Positions 27,101 through 40,200 of a stretch of DNA of 64,000 bases are shown piece by piece. Source of the stretch: the human T2T-CHM13v2.0 reference genome, Homo sapiens. Location: assembly GCF_009914755.1 (NCBI RefSeq), contig NC_060943.1; one strand, written 5' to 3'. The notes under the pieces are model-generated. The model did not search any database. It was not told the origin of the DNA and saw only the letters and a list, made by a program, of their open reading frames with translations. The first letter of the stretch is position 1. Each line of letters begins with the position of its first letter. The translations under genes were made by a program, and so were the position numbers.

Positions 27101-30100
27101 GAAACACTGTTTTTGTGGAATTTGCAAGTGGAGATTTCTGCCGCTTTGAGGTCAATGGTAGAAAAGGAAATATCTTCCTATAGAAACTAGACAGAATGAT
27201 TCTCAGAAACTCCTTTGTGATGTGTGCGTTCAACTCACAGAGTTTAACCTTTCTTTTCATAGAGCAGTTAGGAAACACTCTGTTTGTAAAGTCGGCATGT
27301 GGATATTTGGACTTCTTTGAGGCCTTCATTGGAAACGGGTTTTTTTCATGTAAGGCTAGACAGAAGAATTCTCAGTAACTTCCTTGTGTTGTGTGTATTC
27401 AACTGACAGAGTTGAACTTTCATTTAGAAAGAGCAGATTTGAAACACTGTTTTTGTGGAATTTGCAAGTGGAGATTTCATGCGCTTTGGGGCCAAAGGCA
27501 GAAAAGGAAATATCTTCGTATAAAAACTAGACAGAATCATTCTCAGAAACTGCTCTGTCATGTGTGCGTTCAACTCTCAGAGTTTAACTTTTCTTTTCAT
27601 TCAGCAGTTTGGAAACACTCTGTTTGTAAAGTCTGCACGTGGATATTTTTACCACTTAGAGGTCTTCGTTGGAAACGGGTTTTTTTCATGTAAGGCTAGA
27701 CAGAAGAATTCCCAGTAACTTCCTTGTGTTGTGTGCATTCAACTCACAGAGATGAACGTTCCCTTAGACAGAGCAGATTTGAAACACTCTATTTGTGCAA
27801 TTTGCAACTGTAGATTTCAAGCGCTTTAAGGCCAATGGCAGAAAAGGAAATATCTTCGTTTCAAAACTTGACAGAATCATTCCCACAAACTGCGTTGTGA
27901 TGTGCTCGTTCAACTCACAGAGTTTAACCTTTCTACTCATAGAGCAGTTAGGAAACACTCTGTTTGTAAAGTCTGTAAGTGGATATTCTGACATCTTGTG
28001 GCCTTCGTTGGAAACGGGATTTCGTCATATTCTGCTAGACAGAAGAATTCTCAGTAACTTCTTTGTGTTGTGTGTATTCAACTCACAGAGTTGAACGATC
28101 CTTTACACAGAGCAGACTTGAAACACTCTATTTGTGGAATTTGCAAGTGGAGATTTCAGCCGCTTTGAGGTCAATGGTAGAATAGGAAATATCTTCCTAT
28201 AGAAACTAGACAGAATGATTCTCAGAAACTCCTTTGTGATGTGTGCGTTCAACTCACAGAGTTTAACCTTTCTTTTCATAGAGCAGTTAGGAAACACTCT
28301 GTTTATAAAGTCTGCAAGTGGATATTCAGACCTCTTTGAGGCCTTCGTAGGAAACGGGATTTCTTCATATTCTGCTAGACAGAAGAATTCTCAGTAACTT
28401 CCTTGTGTTGTGTGTATTCAACTCACAGAGATGAACGATCCTTTACACAGAGCAGACTTGAAATACTCTTTTTGTGGAATTTGCAAGTGGAGATTTCAGC
28501 CGCTATGGGGTCAATGGTAGAATAGGAAATATCTTCCTATAGAAACTAGACAGAATGATTCTCAGAAACTCCTTTGTGATGTGTGCGTTCAACTCACAGA
28601 GTTTAACCTTTCTTTTCATAGAGCAGTTAGGAAACACTCTGTTTGTAAAGTCTGCAAGTGGATATTCAGACCTCTTTGAGGCCTTCGTTGGAAACGGGAT
28701 TTCTTCATATTCTGCTAGACAGAAGAATTCTCAGTAACTTCCTTGTGTTGTGTGTATTCAACTCACAGAGTTGAACGATCCTTTACAAAGAGCAGACTTG
28801 AAACACTCTTTTTGTGAAATTTGCAAGTGGAGATTTCTGCCGCTTTGAGGTAAATGGTAGAATAAGAAATATCTTCCTATAGAAACTAGACAGAATGATT
28901 CTCAGAAACTCCTTTGTGATGTGTGCGTTCAACTCACACAGTTTAACCTTTCTTTTCATAGAGCAGTTAGGAAACACTCTGTTTGTAAAGTCTGCAAGTG
29001 GATATACAGACCTCTTTGAGGCCTTCGTTGGAAAGGGGATTTCTTCATATGATGCTAGACAGAAGAATTCCCAGTAACTTCCTTCTGTTGTGTGTATTCA
29101 ACTGACAGAGTTGAACGATCCTTTACACAGAGCAGACTTGAAACAATGTTTTTGTGGAATTTGCAAGTGGAGATTTCAGCCGCTTTGAGGTCAATGGTAG
29201 AATAGGAAATATCTTCCTATAGAAACTAGACAGAATGATTCTCAGAAACTCCTTTGTGATGTGTGCGTTCAACTCACAGAGTTTAACCATTCTTTTCATA
29301 GAGCAGTTAGGAAACACTCTGTTTATTAAAGTCTGCATGTGGATATTTGGACTTATTTGAGGCCTTCGTTGGAAACGGGTTTTTTTCATGTAAGGCTAGA
29401 CAGAAGAATTCTCAGTAACTTCCTTGTGTTGTGTGTATTCAACTGACAGAGTTGAACTTTCATTTAGAGAGAGCAGATTTGAAACACTGTTTTTGTGGAA
29501 TTTGCAAGTGGAGATTTCAAGCGCTTTGGGGCCAAAGGCAGAAAAGGAAATATCTTCGTATAACAACTAGACAGAATCATTCTCAGAAACTGCTCTGTGA
29601 TGTGTGCGTTCAACTCTCAGAGTTTAACTTTTCTTTTCATTCAGCAGTTTGGAAACACTCTGTTTGTAAAGTCTGCACGTGGATATTTTGACCACTTAGA
29701 GGCCTTCGTTGGAAACGGGTTTTTTTCATGTAAGGCTAGACAGAAGAATTCCCAGTAACTTCCTTGTGTTGTGTGCATTCAACTCACAGAGATGAAAGTT
29801 CCCTTCGACAGAGCAGATTTGAAACACTCTATTTGTGCCATTTGCAAGTGTAGATTTCAAGCGCTTTAAGGTCAATGGCAGAAAAGGAAATATCTTCGTT
29901 TCAAAACTAGACAGAATCATTCCCACAAACTGCGTTGTGATGTGTTCGTTCAACTCACAGAGTTTCACCTTTCTGTTCATAGAGGAGTTAGGAAACACTC
30001 TCTTTGTAAAGTGTGTAAGTGGATATTCTGACATCTTGTGGCCATCGTTGGAAACGGGATTTCTTCATATTCTGGTAGACAGAAGAATTCTCAGTAACTT

Positions 30101-31260
30101 CCTTGTGTTGTGTGTATTCAACTCACAGAGTTGAACGATCCTTTACACAGAGCAGACTTGAAACACTCTTTTTGTGGAATTTGCAAGTGGAGATTTCAGC
30201 CGCTTTGAGGTCAATGGTTGAATAGGAAATATCTTCCAATAGAAACTAGACAGAATGATTCTCAGAAACTCCTTTGTGATGTGTGCTTTCAACTCACAGA
30301 GTTTAACCTTTCTTTTCATAGAGCAGTTAGGAAACACTCTGTTTATAAAGTCTGCAAGTGGATATTCAGACCTCTTTGAGGCCTTCGTTGGAAACGGGAT
30401 TTCTTCATATTCTGCTAGACAGAAGAATTCTCAGTAACTTCCTTGTGTTGTGTGTATTCAACTGACAGAGTTGAACTTTCATTTAGAGAGAGCAGATTTG
30501 AAACACTGTTTTTGTGGAATTTGCAAGTGGAGATTTCAAGAGCTTTGGGGCCAAAGGCAGAAAAGGAAATATCTTCGTATAAAAACTAGACAGAATCATT
30601 CTCAGAAACTGCTCTGTGATGTGTGCGTTCAACTCTCAGAGTTTAACTTTTCTTTGCATTCAGCAGTTTGGAAACACTCTGTTTGTAAAGTCTGCACGTG
30701 GATATTTTGACCACTTAGAGGCCTTCGTTGGAAACGGGTTTTTTTCATGTAAGGCTAGACAGAATAATTCCCAGTAACTTCCTAGTGTTGTGTGCATTCA
30801 ACTCACAGAGATGAACGTTCCCTTAGACAGAGCAGATTTGAAACACTCTGTGCAATTTGCAAGTGTAGATTTCAAGCGCTTTAATGTCAATGGCAGAAAA
30901 GGAAATATCTTCGCTTCAAAACTAGACAGAATCATTCCCACAAACTGCGTTGTGAAGTGCTCGTTCAACTCATAGAGTTTAACCTTTCTGTTCATAGAGC
31001 AGTTAGGAAACACTCTGTTTGAAAAGTCTGTAAGTGGATATTCTGACATCTTGTGGCCTTCGTTGGAAACGGGATTTCTTCATATTCTGCTAGAAAGAAG
31101 AATTCTCAGTAACTCCTTTGTGTTGTGTATATTCAACTCACAGAGTTGAACGATCCTTTACACAGAGCAGACTTGAAACACTCTTTTTGTGGAATTTGCA
31201 AGTGGAGATTTCAGCCTCTTTGAGGTCAATGGTAGAATAGGAAATATCTTCCTATAGAAA
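24150..31260 (+). repeat. Hexamer-based HOR domain, haplotype II
   Basis: Marker at 24431, 25449, 27483, 29523, 30542. Distinct alleles: GATTTGAAACACTG, AGGCTAGAC, CAGAGATGAAC, CTGTAAGTGGATATTCTGACATCTTGTGGCC (1 bp shorter), TTTATAAAG. Confidence 0.88.
29240..31260 (+). repeat. Second (truncated) copy of a ~5.09-kb-period duplication of ~24150-26170
   Basis: Shared TTAACCATT, GTGCCATT, CTGGTAGAC, TGCTTTCAAC, 4-bp deletion AAACACTCTGTGCAA (~25755/30849), CTAGTGTTG and AACTCCTTTG at offset 5091-5094. Confidence 0.85.
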
Positions 31261-33479
31261 CTACACAGTATGATTCTCAGAAACTCCTTTGTGATGTGTG
31301 CATTCAACTCACAGAGTTTAACCTTTCTTTTCATAGAGCAGTTAGGAAACACTCTGTTTGTAAAGTCTGCAAGTGGATATTCAGACATCCTTGAGGCTTT
31401 CGTTGGAAACGGGATTTCTTCATATTCTGCTAGAAAGAAGAATTCTCAGTAACTTCCTTGTGTTGTGTGTATTCAACTCACAGAGTTAAACGATCCTTTA
31501 CACAGAGCAGACTTGAAACACTCTTTTTGTGGAATTTGCAAGTGGAGATTTCAGCCACTTTGAGGTCAATGGTAGAATAGGAAATATCTTCCTATAGAAA
31601 CTAGACAGAATGATTCTCAGAAACTCCTTTGTGATGTCTGCGTTCAACTCACAGAGTTTAACCTTTCTTTTCATAGAGCAGTTAGGAAACACACTGTTTG
31701 TAAAGTCTGCAAGTGGATATTCAGACATCCTTGAGGCTTTCGTTGGAAACGGGATTTCTTCATATTCTGCTAGAAAGAAGAATTCTCAGTAACTTCCTTG
31801 TGTTGTGTGTATTCAACTCACAGAGTTGAACGATCCTTTACACAGAGCAGACTTGAAACACTCTTTTTGTGGAATTTGCAAGTGGAGATTTCAGCCGCTT
31901 TGAGGTCAATGGTAGAATAGGAAATATCTTCCTATAGAAACTAGACAGAATGATTCTCAGAAACTCCTTTGTGATGTGTGCATTCAACTCACAGAGTTTA
32001 ACCTTTCTTTTCATAGAGCAGTTAGGAAACACTCTGTTTGTAAAGTCTGCAAGTGGATATTCAGACATCTTTGAGGCCTTCGTTGGAAACGGGATTTCTT
32101 CATGTTCTGCTAGACAGAAGAATTCTCAGAAACTTCCTTGTGTTGTGTGTTTTCAACTCACAGAGTTGAACGATGCTTTACACAGAGTAGACTTGAAACA
32201 CTCTTTTTGTGTAATTTGCAAGTGGAGATTTCAGCCGCTTTGAGGTCAATGGTAGAAAAGGAAATATCTTCGTATAAAAACTAGGCAGAATGATTCTCAG
32301 AAACTCCTTTGTGATGTGTGCGTTCAACTCACAGAGTTTAACCTTTCTTTTCATAGAGCAGTTAGGAAACACTCTGTTTGTAAAGTCTGCAAGTGGATAT
32401 TCAGACCTCTTTGAGGCCTTCGTTGGAAACGGGATTTCTTCATATTCTGCTAGAGAGAAGAATTCTCAGTAACTTCATTGTGTTGTGTGTATTCAACTCA
32501 CAGAGTTGAACGATCCTTTACACAGAGCAGACTTGAAACACTCTTTTTGTGGAATTTGCAAGTGGAGATTTCAGCCGCTTTGAGGTCAATGGTAGAATAG
32601 GAAATATCTTCCTATAGAAACTAGACAGAATGATTCTCAGAAACTCCTTTGTGATGTGTGCGTTCAACTCACAGAGTTTAACCTTTCTTTTCATAGAGCA
32701 GTTAGGAAACACTCTGTTTGTAAAGTCTGCAAGTGGATATTCAGACCTCCTTGAGGCCTTCGTTGGAAACTGCATTTCTTCATATTATGCTAGACAGAAG
32801 AATTCTCAGTAACTTCCTTGTGTTGTGTGTATTCAACTCACAGAGTTGAACGATCCTTTACACAGAGCAGCCTTGAAACACTCTTTTTGTGGAATTTGCA
32901 AGTGGAGATTTCAGCCACTTTGAGTTCAATGGTAGAATAGGAAATATCTTCCTATAGAAACTAGACAGAATGATTCTCAGAAACTCCTTTGTGATGTGTG
33001 CGTTCAACTCACAGAGTTTAACCTTTCTTTTCATAGAGCAGTTAGGAAACACTCTGTTTGTAAAGTCTGCAAGTGGATATTCAGACATCTTTGAGGCTTT
33101 CGTTGGAAACGGGATTTCTTCATATTCTGCTAGACAGAAGAATTCTCAGTAACTTCCTTGTGTTGTGTGTATTCAACTCACAGAGTTGAACGATCCTTTA
33201 CACAGAGCAGACTTGAAACACTCTTTTTGTGGAATTTGCAAGTGGAGATTTCAGCCGCTTTGAGGTCAATGGTAGAATAGGAAATATCTTCCTATAGAAA
33301 CTAGACAGAATGATTCTCAGAAACTCCTTTGTGATGTGTGCGTTCAACTCACAGAGTTTAACCTTTCTTTTCATAGAGCAGTTAGGAAACACTCTGTTTG
33401 TAAAGTCTGCAAGTGGATATTCAGACATCCTTCAGGCTTTCGTTGGAAACGGGATTTCTTCATATTCTGCTAGAAAGAA

Positions 33480-36400
33480 GAATTCTCAGTAACTTCCTTG
33501 TGTTGTGTGTTTTCAACTCACAGAGTTCAACGATCCTTTACACAGAGTAGACTTGAAACACTCTTTTTGTGGAATTGGCAGGGTGGAGATTTCAGCCGCT
33601 TTGAGGTCAATGGTAGAAAAGGAAATATCTTCGTATAAAACCTAGACAGAGTGATTCTCAGAAACTCCTTTGTGATGTCTGCGTTTAACTCACAGAGTTT
33701 AACCTTTCTTTTCATAGAGCAGTTAGGAAACACTCTGTTTGTAAAGTCTGCAAGTGGATATTCAGACCTCCTTGAGGCCTTCTTTGGAAACGGGATTTCT
33801 TCATATTATGCTAGACAGAAGAATTCTCAGTAACTTCCTTGTGTTGTGTGTATTCAACTCACAGAGTTGAACGATCCTTTACACAGAGCAGACTTGAAAC
33901 ACTCTTTTTGTGGAATTTGCAAGTGGAGATTTCAGCCGCTTTGAGGTCAATGGTAGAATAGGAAATATCTTCCTATAGAAACTAGACAGAATGATTCTCA
34001 GAAACTCCTTTGTGATGTGTGCGTTCAACTCACAGAGTTTAACCTTTCTTTTCATAGAGCAGTTAGGAAACACTCTGTTTGTAAAGTCTGCAAGTGGATA
34101 TTCAGACCTCCTTGAGGCCTTCGTTGGAAACGGGATTTCTTCATATTATGCTAGACAGAAGAATTCTCAGAAACTTCCTTGTGTTGTGTGTATTCAACTC
34201 ACAGAGTTGAACGATCCTTTACACAGAGCAGACTTGAAACACTCTTTTTGTGGAATTTGCAAGTGGAGATTTCAGCCGCTTTGAGTTCAATGGTAGAATA
34301 GGAAATATCTTCCTATAGAAATTAGACAGAATGATTCTCAGAAACTCCTTTGTGATGTGTGCGTTCAACTCACAGAGTTCAACCTTTCTTTTCATAGAGC
34401 AGTTGGGAAAAACTCTGTTTGTAAAGTCTGCAAGTGGATATTCAGACTTCTTTGAGGCCTTCGTTGGAAGCGGGGTTTCTTCATATTCTGCTAGACAGAC
34501 GAATTCTCAGTAACTTCCTTGTGTTGTGTGTATTCAACTCACAGAGTTGAACGATCCTTTACACAGAGCAGACTTGAAACACTCTTTTTGTGGAATTTGC
34601 AAGTGGAGATTTCAGCCGCTTTGAGGTCAATGGTAGAATAGGAAATATCTTCCTATAGAAACTAGACAGAATGATTCTCAGAAACTCCTTTGGGATGTGT
34701 GCGTTCAACTCACAGAGTTTAACCTTTCTTTTCATAGAGCAGTTAGGAAACACTCTGTTTGTAAAGTCTGCAAGTGGATATTCAGACATCCTTGAGGCTT
34801 TCGTTGGAAACGGGATTTCTTCATATTCTGCTAGAAAGAAGAATTCTCAGTAACTTCCTTGTGTTGTGTGTATTCAACTCACAGAGTTGAACGATCCTTT
34901 ACACAGAGCAGACTTGAAACACTCTTTTTGTGGAATTTGCAAGTGGAGATATCAGCCGCTTTGAGGTCAATGGTAGAATAGGAAATATCTTCCTATAGAA
35001 ACTAGACAGAATGATTCTCAGAAACTCCTTTGTGATGTGTGCGTTCAACTCACAGAGTTTAACCTTTCTTTTCATAGAGCAGTTAGGAAACACTCTGTTT
35101 GTAAAGTCTGCAAGTGGATATTCAGACATCTTTGAGGCTTCGTTGGAAACGGGATTTCTTCATGTTCTGCTAGACAGAAGAATTCTCAGAAACTTCCTTG
35201 TGTTGAGTGTTTTCAACTCACAGAGTTGAACGATGCTTTACACAGAGTAGACTTGAAACACTCTTTTTGTATAATTTGCAAGTGGAGATTTCAGCCGCTT
35301 TGAGGTCAATGGTAGAAAAGGAAATATCTTCGTATAAAAACTAGACAGCATGATTCTCAGAAACTCCTTTGTGATGTGTGCGTTCAACTCACAGAGTTTA
35401 ACCTTTCTTTTCATAGAGCAGTTAGGAAACACTCTGTTTGTAAAGTCTGCAAGTGGATATACAGACCTCTTTGAGGCCTTCGTTGGAAACGGGATTTCTT
35501 CATATTCTGCTAGAGAGAAGAATTCTCAGTAACTTCATTGTGTTGTGTGTATTCAACTCACAGATTTCAACGATCCTTTACACAGAGCAGACTTGAAACA
35601 CTCTTTTTCTGGAATTTGCAAGTGGAGATTTCAGCCGCTTTGAGGTCAATGGTAGAATAGGAAATATCTTCCTATAGAAACTAGACAGAATGATTCTCAG
35701 AAACTCCTTTGTGATGTGTGCGTTCAACTCACAGAGTTTAACCTTTCTTTTCATAGAGCAGTTAGGAAACACTCTGTTTGTAAAGTCTGCAAGTGGATAT
35801 TCAGACCTCCTTGAGGCCTTCGTTGGAAACGGGATTTCTACATATTATGCTAGACAGAAGAATTCTCAGTAACTTCCTTGTGTTGTGTGTATTCAACTCA
35901 CAGAGTTGAACGATCCTTTACACAGAGCAGACTTGAAACACTCTTTTTGTGGAATTTGCAAGTGGAGATTTCAGCCTCTTTGAGGTCAATGGTAGAATAG
36001 GAAATATCTTCCTATAGAAACTAGACAGAATGATTCTGAGAAACTCCTTTGTGATGTGTGCATTCAACTCACAGAGTTTAACCTTTCTTTTCATAGAGCA
36101 GTTAGGAAACACTCTGCTTGTAAAGTCTGCAAGTGGATACTCAGACCTCCTTGAGGCCTTCGTTGGAAACGGGATTTCTTCCTATTATGCTAGACAGAAG
36201 AATTCTCAGTAACTTCCTTGTGTTGTGTGTATTCAACTCACAGAGTTGAATGATCCTTTACACAGAGCAGACTTGAAACACTCTTTTTGTGGAATTTGCA
36301 AGCGGAGATTTCAGCCGCTTTGAGTTCAATGGTAGAATAGGAAATATCTTCTTATAGAAACTAGACAGAATGATTCTCAGAAACTCCTTTGTGATGTGTG

Positions 36401-37219
36401 CGTTCAACTCACAGAGTTCAACCTTTCTTTTCATAGAGCAGTTGGGAAACACTCTGTTTGTAAAGTCTGCAAGTGGATATTCAGACTTCTTTGAGGCCTT
36501 CGTTGGAAGCGGGATTTCTTCATATTCTGCTTGACAGAAGAATTCTCAGTAACTTCCTTGTGTTGTGTGTATTCAACTCACAGAGTTGAACGATCCTTTA
36601 CACAGAGCAGACTTGAAACACTCTTTTTGTGGAATTTGCAAGTGGAGATTTCAGCCGCTTTGAGGTCAATGGTAGAATAGGAAATATCTTCCTATAGAAA
36701 CTAGACAGAATGATTCTCAGAAACTCCTTTGTGATGTGTGCGTTCAACTCACAGAGTTTAACCTTTCTTTTCATAGAGCAGTTAGGAAACACTCTGTTTG
36801 TAAAGTCTGCAAGTGGATATTCAGACATCCTTGAGGCTTTCGTTGGAAACGGGATTTCTTCATATTCTGCTAGAAAGAAGAATTCTCAGTAACTTCCTTG
36901 TGTTGTGTGTATTCAACTCACAGAGTTGAATGATCCTTTACACAGAACAGTCTTGAAACACTCTTTTTGTGGAATTTGCAAGTGGAGATTTCAGCCGCTT
37001 TGAGGTCAATGGTAGAATAGGAAATACCTTCCTATAGAAACTAGACAGAATGATTCTCAGAAACTCCTTTGTGATGTGTGCGTTCAACTCACAGAGTTTA
37101 ACCTTTCTTTTCATAGAGCAGTTAGGAAACACTCTGTTTGTAAAGTCTGCAAGTGGATATTCAGACATCTTTGAGGCTTTCGTTGGAAACGGGATTTCTT
37201 CATATTCTGCTAGACAGAA
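33480..37219 (+). repeat. 22-mer (11-dimer) super-repeat, copy 1
   Basis: EcoRI-to-EcoRI 3740 bp. Starts with the GGAATTGGCAGGGTGGAG dimer and has the same variant order as 42661-46401. Confidence 0.85.
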
Positions 37220-40200
37220 GAATTCTCAGAAACTTCGTTGTGTTGTGTGTTTTCAACTCACAGAGTTCAACGATCCTTTACACAGAGTAGATTTGAAACA
37301 CTCTTTTTGTGGAATTGGCAGGGTGGAGATTTCAGCCGCTTTGAGGTCAATGGTAGAAAAGGAAATATCTTCGTATAAAAACTAGACAGAGTGATTCTCA
37401 GAAACTCCTTTGGGATGTCTGCGTTCAACTCACAGAGTTTAACCTTTCTTTTCATAGAGCAGTTAGGAAACACTCTGTTTGTAAAGTCTGCAAGTGGATA
37501 TTCAGACCTCCTTGAGGCCTTCGTTGGAAACGGGATTTCTTCATATTCTGCTATACAGAAGAATTCTCAGAAACTTCCTTGTGTTGTGTGTATTCAACTC
37601 ACAGAGTTGAACGATCCTTTACACAGAGCAGACTTGAAACACTCTTTTTGTGGAATTTGCAAGTGGAGATTTCAGCCGCTTTGAGGTCAATGGTAGAAAA
37701 GGAAATATCTTCGTATAAAAACTACACAGAATGATTCTCAGAAACTCCTTTGTGATGTGTGCGTTCAACTCACAGAGTTTAACCTTTCTTTTCATAGAGC
37801 AGTTAGGAAACACTCTGTTTGTAAAGTCTGCAAGTGGATATTCAGACCTCCTTGAGGCCTTCGTTGGAAACGGGATTTCTTCATATTATGCTAGACAGAA
37901 GAATTCTCAGTAACTTCCTTGTGTTGTGTGTATTCAACTCACAGAGTTGAACGATCCTTTACACAGAGCAGACTTGAAACACTCTTTTTGTGGAATTTGC
38001 AAGTGGAGATTTCAGCCGCTTTGAGGTCAATGGTAGAATAGGAAATATCTTCCTATAGAAACTAGACAGAATGATTCTGAGAAACTCCTTTGTGATGTGT
38101 GCGTTCAACTCACAGAGTTTAACCTTTCTTTTCATAGAGCAGTTAGGAAACACTCTGTTTGTAAAGTGTGCAAGTGGATATTCAGACCTCCTTGAGGCCT
38201 TCGTTGGAAACGGGATTTCTTCATATTATGCTAGACAGAAGAATTCTCAGTAACTTCCTTGTGTTGTGTGTATTCAACTCACAGAGTTGAACGATCCTTT
38301 ACACAGAGCAGACTTGAAACACTCTTTTTGTGGAATTTGCAAGTGGAGATATCAGCCGCTTTGAGGTCAATGGTAGAATAGGAAATATCTTCCTATAGAA
38401 ACTAGACAGAATGATTCTCAGAAACTCCTTTGTGATGTGTGCGTTCAACTCACAGAGTTTAACCTTTCTTTTCATAGAGCAGTTAGGAAACACTCTGTTT
38501 GTAAAGTCTGCAAGTGGATATTCAGACATCCTTGAGGCTTTCGTTGGAAACGGGATTTCTTCATATTCTGCTAGAAAGAAGAATTCTCAGTCACTTCCTT
38601 GTGTTGTGTGTATTCAACTCACAGAGTTGAATGATCCTTTACTCAGAACAGTCTTGAAACACTCTTTTTGTGGAATTTGCAAGTGGAGATTTCAGCCGCT
38701 TTGAGTTCAATGGTAGAATAGGAAATATCTTCCTATAGAAACTAGACAGAATGATTCTCATAAACTCCTTTGTGATGTGTGCGTTCAACTCACAGAGTTT
38801 AACCTTTCTTTTCATAGAGCAGTTAGGAAACACTCTGTTTGTAAAGTCTGCAAGTGGATATTCAGACATCTTTGAGGCTTCGTTGGAAACGGGATTTCTT
38901 CATGTTCTGCTAGACAGAAGAATTCTCAGAAACTTCCTTGTGTTGAGTGTTTTCAACTCACAGAGTTGAACGATGCTTTACACAGAGTAGACTTGAAACA
39001 CTCTTTTTGTATAATTTGCAAGTGGAGATTTCAGCCGCTTTGAGGTCAATGGTAGAAAAGGAAATATCTTCGTATAAAAACTAGACAGCATGATTCTCAG
39101 AAACTCCTTTGTGATGTGTGCGTTCAACTCACAGAGTTTAACCTTTCTTTTCATAGAGCAGTTAGGAAACACTCTGTTTGTAAAGTCTGCAAGTGGATAT
39201 ACAGACCTCTTTGAGGCCTTCGTTGGAAACGGGATTTCTTCATATTCTGCTAGAGAGAAGAATTCTCAGTAACTTCATTGTGTTGTGTGTATTCAACTCA
39301 CAGATTTCAACGATCCTTTACACAGAGCAGACTTGAAACACTCTTTTTCTGGAATTTGCAAGTGGAGATTTCAGCCGCTTTGAGGTCAATGGTAGAATAG
39401 GAAATATCTTCCTATAGAAACTAGACAGAATGATTCTCAGAAACTCCTTTGTGATGTGTGCGTTCAACTCACAGAGTTTAACCTTTCTTTTCATAGAGCA
39501 GTTAGGAAACACTCTGTTTGTAAAGTCTGCAAGTGGATATTCAGACCTCCTTGAGGCCTTCGTTGGAAACGGGATTTCTACATATTATGCTAGACAGAAG
39601 AATTCTCAGTAACTTCCTTGTGTTGTGTGTATTCAACTCACAGAGTTGAACGATCCTTTACACAGAGCAGACTTGAAACACTCTTTTTGTGGAATTTGCA
39701 AGTGGAGATTTCAGCCTCTTTGAGGTCAATGGTAGAATAGGAAATATCTTCCTATAGAAACTAGACAGAATGATTCTGAGAAACTCCTTTGTGATGTGTG
39801 CATTCAACTCACAGAGTTTAACCTTTCTTTTCATAGAGCAGTTAGGAAACACTCTGCTTGTAAAGTCTGCAAGTGGATACTCAGACCTCCTTGAGGCCTT
39901 CGTTGGAAACGGGATTTCTTCCTATTATGCTAGACAGAAGAATTCTCAGTAACTTCCTTGTGTTGTGTGTATTCAACTCACAGAGTTGAATGATCCTTTA
40001 CACAGAGCAGACTTGAAACACTCTTTTTGTGGAATTTGCAAGCGGAGATTTCAGCCGCTTTGAGTTCAATGGTAGAATAGGAAATATCTTCTTATAGAAA
40101 CTAGACAGAATGATTCTCAGAAACTCCTTTGTGATGTGTGCGTTCAACTCACAGAGTTCAACCTTTCTTTTCATAGAGCAGTTGGGAAACACTCTGTTTG

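Noticed and set aside
37050-37385. Recurrent longer 111-aa ORF ending ...GRVEISAALRSMVEKEISSYKN
   Set aside because: It is produced by a TAA>AAA variant plus the +1 G insertion of the marker dimer, so it only tracks the 22-mer structure.
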